Shown piece after piece: positions 1 through 12,988 of a stretch of DNA of 64,000 nt. Source of the DNA: Vermamoeba vermiformis. Taxonomy: Eukaryota. The stretch lies in assembly GCA_045837725.1 (NCBI GenBank), contig JBEWZL010000216.1:62001-126000 (forward strand), read 5' to 3'. Below the pieces are notes generated by a model that was given only the letters and a program-made list of their open reading frames with translations, was not told where the DNA came from and did no database searches. The number at the start of each line of letters is the position of its first letter. The first letter of the stretch is position 1. A program made the translations under genes and the position numbers.

Positions 1-2482
1 TCGAGCATTTTCTACATTGTAGCGGCCAACACGAGCAATTCTTTCTATACTTACAAGTGCATCAATGCGTTGCAACCAGGGTCAGTCTCGTGCACAAGCA
101 TCTCACTGGCAACTTTATCAACACAAATTTCAATATCAACCGGCAGACGCGCCTTGAACAGCAATGCCTTTTTCTACTTGGGTACGAGCGATGGAAACGA
201 CATTCAAGTCATTGTTGTGGACTTCGTGGCGGGAGTATCCAGCATAGTCAAAGTTCCGTTAGCTACAACGAGTCGTAGGAATGTTGCCTTGGTCGACTCG
301 ACAATCCCAAACGCAGTAACTCTGGTGGCTTTTGATACCACTATTCCGGGCATTCGAGTGTTTGATATACTGTGGAACTCAACATCCAAGCAAGTCTGGT
401 ACGCCGCAGTCGCCAACTTGACAAAAGGAAACAACTTCGACCTAACAGCGAGCGATATCATACCAGCGAGCAGCAACGGCCCTTCAATTTTCAGCATTTC
501 TTCAGTCGAAGTAAGTTCGTCACGAATCAGTACTCAGTTCTATGGTCGTTTGTATTGCGGTGATGGTCTCGTGTTTACGGCGGTCACGGTACCAGAACAA
601 TGTGATTCAGTGCAGTATTGTGACACTACCACCTGCCAATGCCCGAACGGCTCGCCTGGTACCAACGTATGCAATGCACCACCTCCTCCAGGAACACCAA
701 TTGCACCGCCAGTAGCTGCCCCAGTCTCACCACCAGTTGACGTACCGGTCGCTCCAGTAGCTCCTCCAATGGACGTTCCTGTGTCAACTCCAACGCCCGT
801 TTCTGCGCCAATTGATGCTCCTGTAACGGTACCCAATGCAAGTCCTGTGTCATCTCCGGCTACCTCTCCTGTGACTGCACAAGATCCCGTGCCAATCACT
901 ACTCCAGCAGAGGCTGGCAACAGTACGGACAACATCAGTGACGGTCCTGTTAGCTCAGCGGGTGCATCAATTACAACAATCGTCCCTGCTGTCGTTGTAC
1001 CAGTCGCAGTTGCATCGGCAGGCGTTGCAGTACTTGTTGTGTTGCTCCAACGAAGAAAGAAGAAGAAGCAAGCAGAGAAGACATCAGCTTCATCGAGTGA
1101 CGAAGCCTCAGAGCCGCAGAGCGAACGAGTCAAGCTCGAGCCCGTCAATGTAAGTCTACTTAATTAACTTGAAGCTCCTTTGGCTAATGTAATACTCTGT
1201 AGTACTTTGCAGTGCCCACACCATCACCAGAGCTCGGAAAAGACTCAAACACCTCAGCAGGATCGATGGGCTCGAATGCATCGCTCGTGTCAACAGGCTC
1301 TAACACCACCATTCACAATCCTCTTGGTGAGCCGTTATCTGACACAATGTCAGCACTCAACACCACCAATCGATCACGCACAACAGATGATCGCATGGAC
1401 ATTCCTTACTCGGAACTCAAGTTCATCAAAGAGATTGGTGCTGGTGCATTTGGCAAAGTGTTTCTCGGTGAATGGCAAAAGACACGTGTTGCGATGAAGA
1501 TCAGCAGTATTTCATCATCAGATGAGTTCATTCGTGAAGCTGAGTTGTTGATGTAAGTCACGCGAGTACGGCAGTCACTCAGATTAATATTTTCTCCAAG
1601 CAATCTCCGTCCTCATCCAAACGTGGTTCAAATTCTCGGCATATCCGCTGACGGAGTGAATGTCGTGATGATCATGGAGTTCTGTGACGGTGGAAGTCTC
1701 GACAGTCTCGTGTTCAAGAAGAATCCACCAATGAGTGAGAAGATTCATTTGTTGTCAGGCATTGCCAAAGGAATCTATCACTTGCACAAGAACAAGATCG
1801 TTCATCGTGATCTTGCTGCACGAAATGTCTTGGTACGTAATAAAACGGTTCTTTTGTACGTACTAATTCTTTGTAGCTGTCGCGTGGTGAGCCAAAAATA
1901 TCGGTAAGTTTATTTCAGCGTTAATAATGTCATCGTTAATACTAACTTCAATCATTTAAGGACTTTGGTATGTCACGTAAACTTCAAGAAGCCACTGCAC
2001 ACGGTACGACGAAAGCAACAGTTGGACCAATCAGATGGATGGTACGTTGCTTCAATCAATGACGATAAAATTGTAGATCCCGATCCTTCTTCACGTGCTG
2101 GAGATGACTACCATATCAAACGACTATAATAATAATGTACTTGTCATTAGGCCCCCGAGTGCTTGCGCACGGCAAAGTACAGCACAAAATCAGACGTTTG
2201 GAGCTTTGGCATTTTGTGTTGGGAAGTGCTGAGTGGTGAAGAACCTCACTTGAACAGCGATCCACTCACGATTGGAGTTGCAATTCGAGATCAAGGAGTG
2301 ACTCCAACGATGAACACTGAATGGGACCCTGCTCTTCAATCGTTGATGAAAGATTGTTGGAAAGTCGATCCTGAACAACGACCGGTGTGTCAAATTTAAT
2401 CAGTAAACGTGCCAGCTAACGCTAATGATTCAAATAGGAATTTGACGAGATCTGCGAGCGATTGAGCCGATTTGATGAATAA
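1..2482 (+). CDS. Receptor tyrosine kinase(-like), 5'-truncated: Cys-rich CGDG module, Pro/Thr stalk, TM helix, kinase domain; multi-exon
   Basis: Spliced ORFs give TM (IVPAVVVPVAVASAGVAVLVVLL-QRRKKK), GAGAFGKV, VAMK, HRDLAARN, DFG, GPIRWMAPE, SDVWSFG; stop TAA 2480-2482. Confidence 0.9.
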
Positions 2483-2689
2483 GGCGAACAACTACCTTAA
2501 ACGCGATCAATAAACCTGTAAATAGAATAAATTACTATAATATATTCAGGGTTTACTTGTAGTTTACGCATCCATCGGAAAATACCCGAGAATCTTGGGA
2601 CATCGTCGATGACAACTGACACTTTGCGTCCCATTGAATTATTTTAGTATTCTTCTTTGTACATACAAACACAACCCTTGTACTATGTA

Positions 2690-5600
2690 ATGATGCCAGC
2701 GGATCTTCTTGGTTTTAAAACTCTGCTGTTAGTTGCCATGCTGGCTCTCGGATCAGAAGTGTCAGGTACGCAAGAATTTAAAAATCGCACGAACCATTCT
2801 TATTTTTATTATTCAATAAGAAGCGAAAAAGAGGTCGCAAGAAAATTTTTCAAGTTATTTGTTTTGTTTATTATTAAAATAACTCCATTTATATATTTAC
2901 TGAAATTAATATTAATAGGGCAGATCATCAACGTAGGAAGCAAAATTAATAACGTTGGAGGATCTTACTCGAACCCATTTGTTTCGACAATCCCGATCAA
3001 CTCAACAGATCTGATCGTCGTGGTCAGCGGGTCTTTTGCTGCGGGTAGTATTGACCTTCGCTGGTATTGGTATCGAAACGAACCAAACTCTGACTTCAAA
3101 ACTATAAAGACGTCTTTGGTAGCAAATCAGACCTTCAACTATTCCATGACTTCAGACGTAACCGTCGTTCGGACGACCAAGAACTCCATTTATGGAATAT
3201 TAGTCTACATATCTGACCAGATTGATGGCCAAGAGATAAATCTGGCGAGCCCTGCGATTAACAACGGAAAATTTGCTATATCGCCGCCCAAAGACTACGA
3301 TCGGAGCTTGACCGCTTTGTCGCACACCAACACTAGCACTTTTTCAGCAGTATTTGGCGCAAGAAATTCTACTCACACGTGCATCTTCAGATCCGTATTC
3401 AGTGAAACGTTAGGAAGCCCTCCACAAACACTTTATTGCCCTGGTGCGATTAGTCTGACGAATAATACGTATTCTCAAGCTTGGATAGATCCTAATGACG
3501 ACGATGTATTCTACGTTACTTCAGCATTTCCAAGTAATACGTTCTACACCCACAAATGTAAGGGCGTTTACACCGCCGCACTGAACCAAATCACTTGCGC
3601 TCCTGTCACTCAAGTCAAGCTGTTACAAGCGATTACGCAGTCATATGGAAAGCTAGTGCCAAACAGCAACATTTTCTTCTACGTTGGCACGAGCGATGGA
3701 AATCCGGTTCAAGTTATTGCCGTAGACTTTGTAGCCAATAGTTCAACAACGGTCAGCATTCCGCTATCAATCGCTGGCACCAGGACAATTGCCCTGGTTG
3801 ATTCCGTTACACAAAATGCAGCTACGATGTTAGTCTATGACGCGTCAATTCCAGGATTTCAAGTCTTCGATCTCGCATGGAACAATACCATTAGCAACAT
3901 TACGTACAATGCAGTTGCAAATTTTACGAGTGCAAACATGTTCACGATCAGTGGCACAGACATTCCAGCGGCTAGTCTCAGCACGTCAATCTTTACCATT
4001 GCCACGGCTTCAACAGACACAGCATCACAAGTTTCTACTCAGTTCTTTGGTCGCCAGTACTGTGGCGACGGACTCGTGTTCTCCGGCGAAGAATGCGATT
4101 CAGTGCAGTATTGCAATGCCACGTGTCAGTGCACGTACGGAGCGATAAGCTTGAACACGTGTAACCCTCCCTACGTCCCCACAACACCTGTTGGATCAAG
4201 TCCTAAGCCGATCTCAGTAACTCCTGCTCAGCAAGGCAACGGAACAGAAGTTGTCGGGACCCCAGATGGACCTTCAATTGGTGCCGGAGTAAAGATCGAA
4301 GTCGTTGTGCCAGCCGTCATCGTACCAGTCGTCGTAGTAGTTGTAGGCGTTGTTGTGCTCGTAGTGCTATTGAAACGAAGAAACAAAAAGAAGAAACCTT
4401 TGTCTGAAAATTCATCAGCTTCATCGAGCGATGAGAAGATGACTCCGCAAACTGTTAAACTTGAACCTGTGCTCGTAAGTCAGATTTTTTTTGGCACCTG
4501 TTATCTTACTAGCCTTTTTGCAGTACTTCGGAGTACCTTCAGCAGCGACACCAGAGTTAGGCAAAGACTCAAATACATCTACCGGGACGAACGTCACATC
4601 CAGATCCAATACTTCCGAAGGATCTGCAAGAACTGTTCACACTCCACTTGACGGGATCGATATAACGCTAAATACTATTGCAACATCTTCTAAACGCGGT
4701 GGCTTCACTGATTCCAGGCTAAACGATGATCGCATGGCCATTCCATACTCCGAGCTGACCTTCATACGTGAGATCGGAGCGGGTGCTTACGGCAAAGTGT
4801 TCATCGGTGAATGGCAGAAAACAAGTGTTGCACTTAAGATCAGCAGCGTGACATCGTCAGATGAGTTCATTCGCGAAGCTGAACTGATCATGTAAGTTCC
4901 CAACGAATCGCCGCCTACATCAAACTTTTGACACGTGTCAATTTCAAGTGTCAAATCTAATGTGACATTTTGACACTGGGAACAAAGACTGACTCTTTGA
5001 CGCAGTAACCTTCGACCTCATCCAAACGTGGTTCAAGTACTTGGCCTGTCAACTGACGGCGTGAATGTTGTGATGATCATGGAGTTCTGTGACGGTGGAA
5101 GTCTTGACAGTCTCGTGTTCAACAAGAATTTACCAATGAAAGAGAAGATTCATTTGTTGTCAGGCATTGCCAAAGGAATCTATCACTTGCATAAGAACAA
5201 AATTGTTCATCGTGATCTTGCTGCGAGAAATATCTTGGTACGTTGACTTTGCGTCACCTATCACCGAACTAACGCCTTTTTTTACAGTTATCACGCGGAG
5301 AGCCAAAGATATCGGTACGCAACGACGTTTGAATTAGTCCTTTATCTAACGCTTGAGTCGTTGTAGGACTTTGGAATGTCACGCAAACTTCAAGACGCAA
5401 CAGCGCACGGTCAAACAAAAGCAACTGTTGGACCAATCAGATGGATGGTACGTTTGATGTAACTTCAGCGTTATCAATTCTAATGTCGTGGTTAGGCTCC
5501 CGAGTGCTTGCACACGGCAAAGTACAGCACAAAATCGGATGTTTGGAGCTTCGGCATTCTTTGTTGGGAAGTGCTGAGTGGTGAAGAGCCTCACTTGAAC

Positions 5601-5831
5601 AGCGATCCACTCACGATTGGTGTTGCAATTCGAGATCAAGGAGTGACTCCAACGATGAACACTGAGTGGGACCCTGCACTTCAATCGTTGATGAAAGACT
5701 GTTGGAATATTGATCCTGAGCAACGACCGGTAAGTTATTCGTCGCTAATTGTAATCTTGAGTAATCTAACACTAATCGTTCGATAGGAATTTGATGAGAT
5801 CTGCGAACGATTGAGTAGGTTAGACAAATAA
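2690..5831 (+). CDS. Receptor tyrosine kinase(-like), tandem paralog of the preceding gene
   Basis: Signal peptide, ectodomain similar to copy 1, CGDG module, TM helix, kinase motifs HRDLAARN/DFG/GPIRWMAPE; same intron positions as copy 1; stop 5829-5831. Confidence 0.92.
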
Positions 5832-5892
5832 GGACACGCAACAGATTTAATTGCAAGCAACTGTAAATAGGATAAATATTAAGTCTTTATTT

Positions 5893-6906
5893 TTAATAAG
5901 TAAATCGTTGCGCAAATGAATTTCGTAGTGCTTGTTGCGCATCCGCAACTGCCTTCTCGTTTTGGCCTTTCAATATGATTTCAATTTGTATTTCTTGGTC
6001 TATGCTGCATTTAAGCACCTCTGTAACATATTGAATTGTAGCGGGATCGATTAGAGCTTCCAAAGCCTTGCGATCCAACGTGGTGTAGCAAGCCACGTGT
6101 TTTCGATTAAAAGACGAGGTAGAGTGGGACGTCTCGCCTTTCCAAATAGAAGTATCTTGTATAGGAATTAAGCGACTGAATAGCATTAAGTTGCCTTGCT
6201 GTCGAAGTTTTGTAGCGAATCTGGGATCGCGGAAGGCGATCAACGCCGTGTGATTATTGTTATCCAATAGAATATCCTGAATGTCGTTGTGACTGAATGG
6301 TTCTGTAGTGTTATTCAGACTATCAACGACTGCACTGCGAATTATCTCCTCCGTCGTTCCTTCTAGCAAATCCGTCAAACAGCAAGATGCTCCTCTTCGA
6401 ATAGGAGATACTGAACGTGAGCGATGGTTACGATTTGGAGATATTGAACGTGAGCGATGGTTACGATTTGGGGATATTGAACATGAACGTGAGTGTGATC
6501 TTCGGTCCCATCTTCTTGTATTGGGCGAACGACAAGGGGATCTCGAAATACTGCGTGAAGGCGATCCTCGTGACGGAGCTCGATATGTTCTTCGTGAAGG
6601 AGATCTTGATATGGACCTTGATCTGCGCCGCTTAGGTGAGGGCGAGGGAGATCTTGACAAGGACCTTGATCGAGACCTCTTCAATTGAGGAGCCAAGGAT
6701 AGCTGCAATGCTGCACCAATAAACCACTTTCCGTTATGAGAAAGAGCCTTTTGAGCGTCGCTAGGGGTTCTAAAGGCAATTCGAGCGGATTTGGCGGCGG
6801 TGTCAAGGATAATTTTTGAAACCGGGCCAATCGCTGAGAAATAGTTGTTCAAGCTGGCTTCATTGCAACCTCTCGATGATAGATTTCTAGCTAGTATGGT
6901 GTTCAT
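5893..6906 (-). CDS. Intronless RRM + RS-domain (SR-like) RNA-binding protein with a second degenerate RRM
   Basis: 337-aa ORF; N-terminal RRM-like (ILARNLS...ARIAF...AQKALSHNG), long RSRS/SP tract, second RRM-like segment (LTDL...TALIAF). Confidence 0.75.
   Translation of the reverse strand: MNTILARNLSSRGCNEASLNNYFSAIGPVSKIILDTAAKSARIAFRTPSDAQKALSHNGKWFIGAALQLSLAPQLKRSRSRSLSRSPSPSPKRRRSRSISRSPSRRTYRAPSRGSPSRSISRSPCRSPNTRRWDRRSHSRSCSISPNRNHRSRSISPNRNHRSRSVSPIRRGASCCLTDLLEGTTEEIIRSAVVDSLNNTTEPFSHNDIQDILLDNNNHTALIAFRDPRFATKLRQQGNLMLFSRLIPIQDTSIWKGETSHSTSSFNRKHVACYTTLDRKALEALIDPATIQYVTEVLKCSIDQEIQIEIILKGQNEKAVADAQQALRNSFAQRFTY
6404..6493. repeat. 33-bp tandem repeat (~2.5 copies) encoding RSRSISPNRNH units
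   Basis: ggagata(c/t)tgaacgtgagcgatggttacgattt at 6404 and 6437, partial third copy at 6470. Confidence 0.85.
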
Positions 6907-7608
6907 CGTGATATAATTATTTTAGGTGTGTTTCTTGGTTTAAAAAGGTCAAAGCGTCTTCTTAGACTTTTCTAGACGCGTCTGACAGAAACCCCACAAA
7001 CAAAAAAGATCTAGAAAATAAGCAGAAAGTTAGTGCGGTGCAAAGTGTTAGAAGCAACAAACTCAGATGAGGACAATTTTACGATGGTGCGTAAAAATTG
7101 TAGGATAGCTGAAACTATTTTCGCAAAAATTAGCGAACTAAAGGCTATTATTGCTTGTTGGAACGAATATCACGCTAATTTACAAAAATATTTTAAAAAT
7201 TAATAGATTTGATCAAAAAATATGAACCGAAATTGTTTGTTGTTCTTACAAGCCCAAATAATCGAACATAATTACATACCGGCAATATACTAAGTATAAA
7301 GCTTTGATGCACCTCATCAATCCGCAATCTCATCTCCATTCCGTGCGATGCAGTCCGCAGTGATTGCACAACTTTAATCTAAATACAATACAACTTTGCA
7401 ATTACAATGTTTACTCGTGGTTGCCAAATAGACTTATTTATATTTTCTAAAAACGGTGATATTTCGTGCGTGTACTCGATTCGGAACCCAGCCTTTGTGT
7501 ACGTTGCCCGATTCGCACAATAGCTCCGAGAACGATATCACAATCATTATAATAATACACTCGACAGCCACACCACAACTTATCATTTGCGAGTTGAAAT
7601 CAAACGGT

Positions 7609-9306
7609 ATGGATCCAGTGGCAGATGCGATAAGTAGCGTGTGCTCGATCGAGAACTGCGACGCGATTACAGGCAGATGCAGCGCTGACGGCAAATGTAT
7701 ATGTTCTTGGACATATGTAGGCGATGATTGTGCGACTAGTATAGTCGATATATATCCAGGCTTGAAGATTTACCTCTACGTTCAAATTGCGGTTTTCAGC
7801 GCATTATTTCTGCTGATCGCGCTTGCTGCCGGCGAAGGAATTCGAAGACTAGTAAGTCATATATTATATTAACAAACTATATATAATGAATGATTCAATG
7901 AACCATTGATTGCATTAATATTGCTTTATTTGGAAATAACTAACGCGATCTCGATCCAGCTCCAGAGAACGAAATTAAAACTTAGCCCGAAGCACCAACC
8001 GTCATTCATTATACTATTATTGGTAGTGTTCATTGGAATCGGTAAGTCGCGATACACAGAATTTTAACGCGGATGTACTTTTGTTACGCCAAGTGTGTTT
8101 GCGCTAATTTGAATAAGACTGACATATGACATTAATAGAAAGAATAATATATGTCGCTGGTGCGCAATACGGCTACGTCAAGTCATTTAATCCAGGTAAA
8201 TCAAAACTGCAACGAGCGTGTACTGGATCACATTTTTGATTTTTTTTGTCGTAGTTGCCTCATCAGTACTGTTTGGATTGGTAATATGGGCTATATTCGC
8301 TATTCAGAATATGGTAGCACAGTTCTGGTGAGTCTATTTATCGAAATGACAGTCAGAATCTGATCGGTGCACGTGAAGCCGTTGTGTCTTCGATATCTTT
8401 TTTGGATTTTCGACCACTGATTCATATCGCAGGTTTAACGCATATTTTGCATTCGATCCTCGTGGTAGAAAATGGCTTCCCATCATCAACGGCATCATTA
8501 AGGGCCTGATCATCGGATTCGCTATTTTTCAGGTCGCGCGAGATTTGATTATAGCGCTAGTTCCGGATGCAGGCGTGGTTAGAGTATTCACTATTCTATA
8601 TTTGGTCGTTGGAATCATTGTTTCCTTCGGTAGCGCCATTACGATGCTCGTTTTGGGTCGTAAATTGACAAAACAACTTTCGAAGTTCAAAGATCTGAGC
8701 AACTCGAGACAAAAGCTCGTTAAAAAGGTATGTATACACATTATATAATTCAAATTCAGTATTCCTAATCCTTATGGCGAATTCTACGACGAAATTTATT
8801 GCCATTTTTGGTTAAATGTCCGCTTGATGCACATAATTTGCGTGTGTATGCTAATAATATTGCTTATTATTTAGGTCAATAAGTTCTCTATATCTATATC
8901 GACAACACTCTTGGTTGCAGTCGTTTTAATTATTGGCGATCTGCTGCTCGTGGTCTTATGGCAAGAATCTGGGCTTATTCTCATCATCTCCGAGTCGTTT
9001 ATGCGAGTAATTGAGGCTACATATTGCATCGTAGTATTAGTCTCGTACAACAAAGCTGCTGGAAAGAAAAGTTCCGTATCCGATCCTGCATCAAGTGGAA
9101 AGACGAACAAATCGCAAAAGCTCACCCTGGAGACTGGCGCAACGTTGATCGAGACTCCTAGAGAACGAGGTAATACTATGGTTACTGCAGTAGCACTCGA
9201 GCAAATTTCAACTGAGACTTCAACAACCGCATCTGCAACGACATCTGCTACGACTTCGCCTACGCTAAGTCCTGAGGCAGAGCGAAAGGATACTAACGAG
9301 GCTTAA
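7609..9306 (+). CDS. EGF-like domain + multi-pass (~7TM) membrane protein, possible GPCR-like receptor
   Basis: CSIENCDAITGRCSADGKCICSWTYVGDDC followed by several hydrophobic exons and a Ser/Thr-rich tail. Confidence 0.7.
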
Positions 9307-9598
9307 ATACTAATTAATGGCATATTAAGTTATTTGTTCTTTTATTTGTGCAATTTGTATCATATTAGATTGATAGGCGATTTTGATTTTACTTCCAGCC
9401 TGTACATACATTTATAAACTTGTTTATTTATTAAACTCGAGTGTTTCTTATCAACCATATTGTCTATTAAACCAAAGTTATGTGAGATCTAGCCTTACGA
9501 TCAAAAAGTTAGGCCACAAAAAACCTAGGCTAAGAATAATCTTGTCGAGTCAACATTAAGTTTTCTTCCAAATTCAATTATAAGTAGCACATATAACG

Positions 9599-12500
9599 AT
9601 GAGCGATACATCGCCGGCGAAAGATACAGAGGCTAAGCTGATGCCGCCTCCATCTGCCGTGCCATTCAAAAAGCCTTCAGCTTTACCCACAAAAAAGGTG
9701 ACACCAAAAAAACCAGCAGTTGTCGAAAAAAAAGATGAAGCCATTCCTATTCGTCCTGAAGGCTACGGATTGATTGAAGAACAAGATCACGGTAAGAAAA
9801 TTTGAAAAAATCAGAAATAATTCCAAATCGCAAAAATAAATAAAATAATCGTACAATATGATAATATACGCGTAATCGCAATAAATCATAATTTTTAAAT
9901 TAATTTTGGATTGAGTTCTTGAAAAAATACAGATCGCGTCGGCAATTTAATTTGCTAATTTTCTAAATATTATTTTTATAGAAGAAGAGCACCAAGAATC
10001 CAACACAAATAATACTAATGCTGTACCTGCTCCCGACGAGACCAAACCAAATCCACCACAAGAACGACCTTCTTCGATCCCTATTGACGTTTATCAACCT
10101 CCTTTTTGGAGTGCACCAGCAACAGGATTTAACTACACCTTGGAAGTGCTACGCGATGGTGCTATTATCGACAATATCGATTTGCATTCAGATCAGAAAT
10201 CGTTCTACGTGTTCGGTCGATTGCCTATTTGCGACATTGTATTGGACCATCAAACGATCTCTAGATATCACGCTGTCATTCAATTCCGACAAAATGGTAC
10301 GGCTAATATTGCCTTATTTGGCATACAAATTTAATTGCAAAAATAACATTCTCGATCCGTAATTCTAGATCCGTTAAAAATGCACTAAACTGCTATTTAA
10401 CTGAAATTATATATGATATATCCAAATATTAGAATTAATAATACAAATTGTAGTTTTTGCTTCGAACGCAAATTATCTTAAGTCAGATCTGATCGGTTTT
10501 TAAACTTTTTTCGAATCGTAGTTGTATTATAAATTTATATAATATTTATATGATATTATGTATGATTATTAACCTTTAAAATTAGGCGATGCCTATTTGT
10601 ACGACTTGGGCAGTACTCACGGAACGTTTGTAAACAAGATTCAAATCAAACCAAAGGCCTATTTAAAGATTAAAAACGGTATGTTACATTAATATATCAT
10701 AAGTATAGTCTTATTGATATATATTAATTGGTATTAGGCTATCACATTAAGTTCGGTCAATCCTCGCGCTCGTACATTGTTGGCGGTGGACCTGACGAAG
10801 AAAAACAACAAGAAGACGCTGAAGAGTTGAAGAAACGAATTATGCAAGTGCAAGAAGCTTGTAAGTATATAATACTATAGCGTATAATCGATGCAATAGG
10901 ATTTTCCGGAAATTTGTTCGATCCGTAATTTTTTTGGATCTTTTTTTCTGTGGATCTAATTAATTTATTTGTCGAATTACTAGAAAAAATAACTATGATT
11001 TTACTATATTATATACGAGGTGGCGAATGGTTAATATAGGTGTTAATTTTTGATCAACAGATAAAAATGCCAAGCCCAAAGGCAAAGACAATCCCGACGA
11101 GCCAGATGAGGGCGAGATTCAAAACATGGAAGACGAGACTGAATTCTTTTCGAGCAAAAAGATGAAAGAGGAAAACAAGAAAAAGATTTCGGGTACGTAA
11201 AAACAACGCTTCAAATATGAACATTACCATATTAGGAAATATCGGTTTCGCGTAAACATCGAACAACAACCTTTCAGTCTATATATATTGCCTAAATCGG
11301 AAATTACTAAATTAGGAAATAGTGACACGGCAGTCGCTTTCATGAAAATTCGAGGCTGTTTCCTAATTTGTATTATTTTGCCAGATTTCAAGCGACGATT
11401 AGGCGATGACGACGATGACGAATTTGGATTGAAAAAAAATGCAAAAAAACCGACCAAAAAAGGCGAAGAAGAAGAGCCTGATGAAGATGAAGGCGAGTAC
11501 TTGCGAATGATGCGCGAGAACGAAGAAATGTTCAAAGAGTTTTACGGCGATGACGATGACGATCAAGACGAGTTTTATGACAGAAGTAAGTACTATATAA
11601 TTATCGCCATTCAAGATCTTTAGTGGATCTGATCCGGTAAATATTTTCCCGAAATAATCATTTATTTTTCCGTAATTTCTAACCCAAATACTCAACGCGA
11701 TATTTTACATTTATTCGCTATTTATTTAAATTGCCAGCGAGGTTCGGTTTTTTGGATCTAGTTTATTAATAATTTGTTTTATTGTAGCCAAGAAAAAGAA
11801 CAAGAATTCCGGTGTTGAGACATACGAGACGTTAATTGCCAAACAAAAATATTTGACCAATCAAAAAGCAATTATTGAGCGCGAGATTGAAAAACTACAA
11901 CGAGCTTCAGGTACGTAAAGAAATTCATTCGCACTGTTCATGAACCGTATTCATGAAATTATTCTGTTAGGCGGATCGGGTGCCAATGACGAAGGCGATT
12001 CGTTGGACAGTTTTATGGCCTCAATTGGCACGTCACTCGAACAAGAGAAAATTGACAAGAAAAAGGTGTCGCTGAAAGAAGTTGAAGACGAATTAGCCGT
12101 ACGTATCAAACAACTTACTATGATAACGCAACTATTCTAATAGAAATATTTTATACCGTTTTATCGGTACTGTCTTTTTGTTCGAATTTCTTGACCACTA
12201 CCACTACTAGTTTTTCTTACGTATTTTTTCATAGAGAATTAAGCCATTGATTGCAGTCGCAAAGCCAGCCATTGAATTGCAAAAGCCTAAAGTGCAGCAA
12301 CAACAGTACGTACCATGCTTTTTCATGTGTTTAGTTTTTCGACGCAGCGCGATTGATAAGAAAATCATTTTGATGCATCACTGCGTATTGAACTGAACTA
12401 AACTTACGAATGCATTTCCATATTAGGAAATCTGAATCGGATTCAAAGAAGCGAAAGATAGACGAAGTTGCCAGTACTAATAACGACAACCAAACTGATG

Positions 12501-12874
12501 ATAATGACGAGACACCTGTCAAAAAACCAAAAACCGAGCCAAAGAGTCCTTCACCTGCACCAGCGCCAAAGCCAAAATTAGCAAATGTTTTCGAAGAAAA
12601 AGAAGCTGAAACTAGCGCAAAGATTAAACGAGGGCCAGTCCAAGGACCAACGCTAGATTTTTTGCAACAGATCAAAACCGACGCTAGTTCACCAAGTGTT
12701 AAAAACACTGATATGGACTATAATGAAGACAATGATAATAATACTAGTGGCAGTAATAAGAAAAAAGAGTCCAAATCAAAAATCGAGCCTGAAATTAGTT
12801 ACGAAGAGTGGAGACCTCCTGAAGGTCAAAAAGGTGATGGAAGAACTAGTTTAAATGACAAATACGGCTACTAA
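9599..12874 (+). CDS. SLC4A1AP: Kanadaptin-like FHA-domain protein
   Basis: FHA motifs (FGRLPICD...HQTISRYHAVIQF...YDLGSTHGTFVN), DEFYDR, DSLDSFM and the C-terminus WRPPEGQKGDGRTSLNDKYGY typical of kanadaptin. Confidence 0.85.
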
Positions 12875-12988
12875 TATGTAAAAAAAAATTGTTCTTTTAC
12901 TATTAATTGAATACAGTAAAACATTCAATAATAATTCAATAGTTTCTCCTCATGATAACATTTAGACAAGTTCAGTTGAACTTGGGAA

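Noticed and set aside
540-1148. 202-aa antisense ORF, and similar ones at 6308-6688 and 59422-60045
   Set aside because: Shadow ORFs of low-complexity or codon-biased sense exons.
2766-2918. ORF 2657-4651 reading through a K/F/I-rich stretch
   Set aside because: It is a 153-nt GT-AG intron that happens to be in frame and stop-free; its composition is intronic.
12967-12984. CAAGTTCA-GT-TGAACTTG hairpin after the copy A stop as a Helitron-like end
   Set aside because: AT-rich, wrong spacing to CTRR, and no matching termini or target-site duplications seen at copies B and C.
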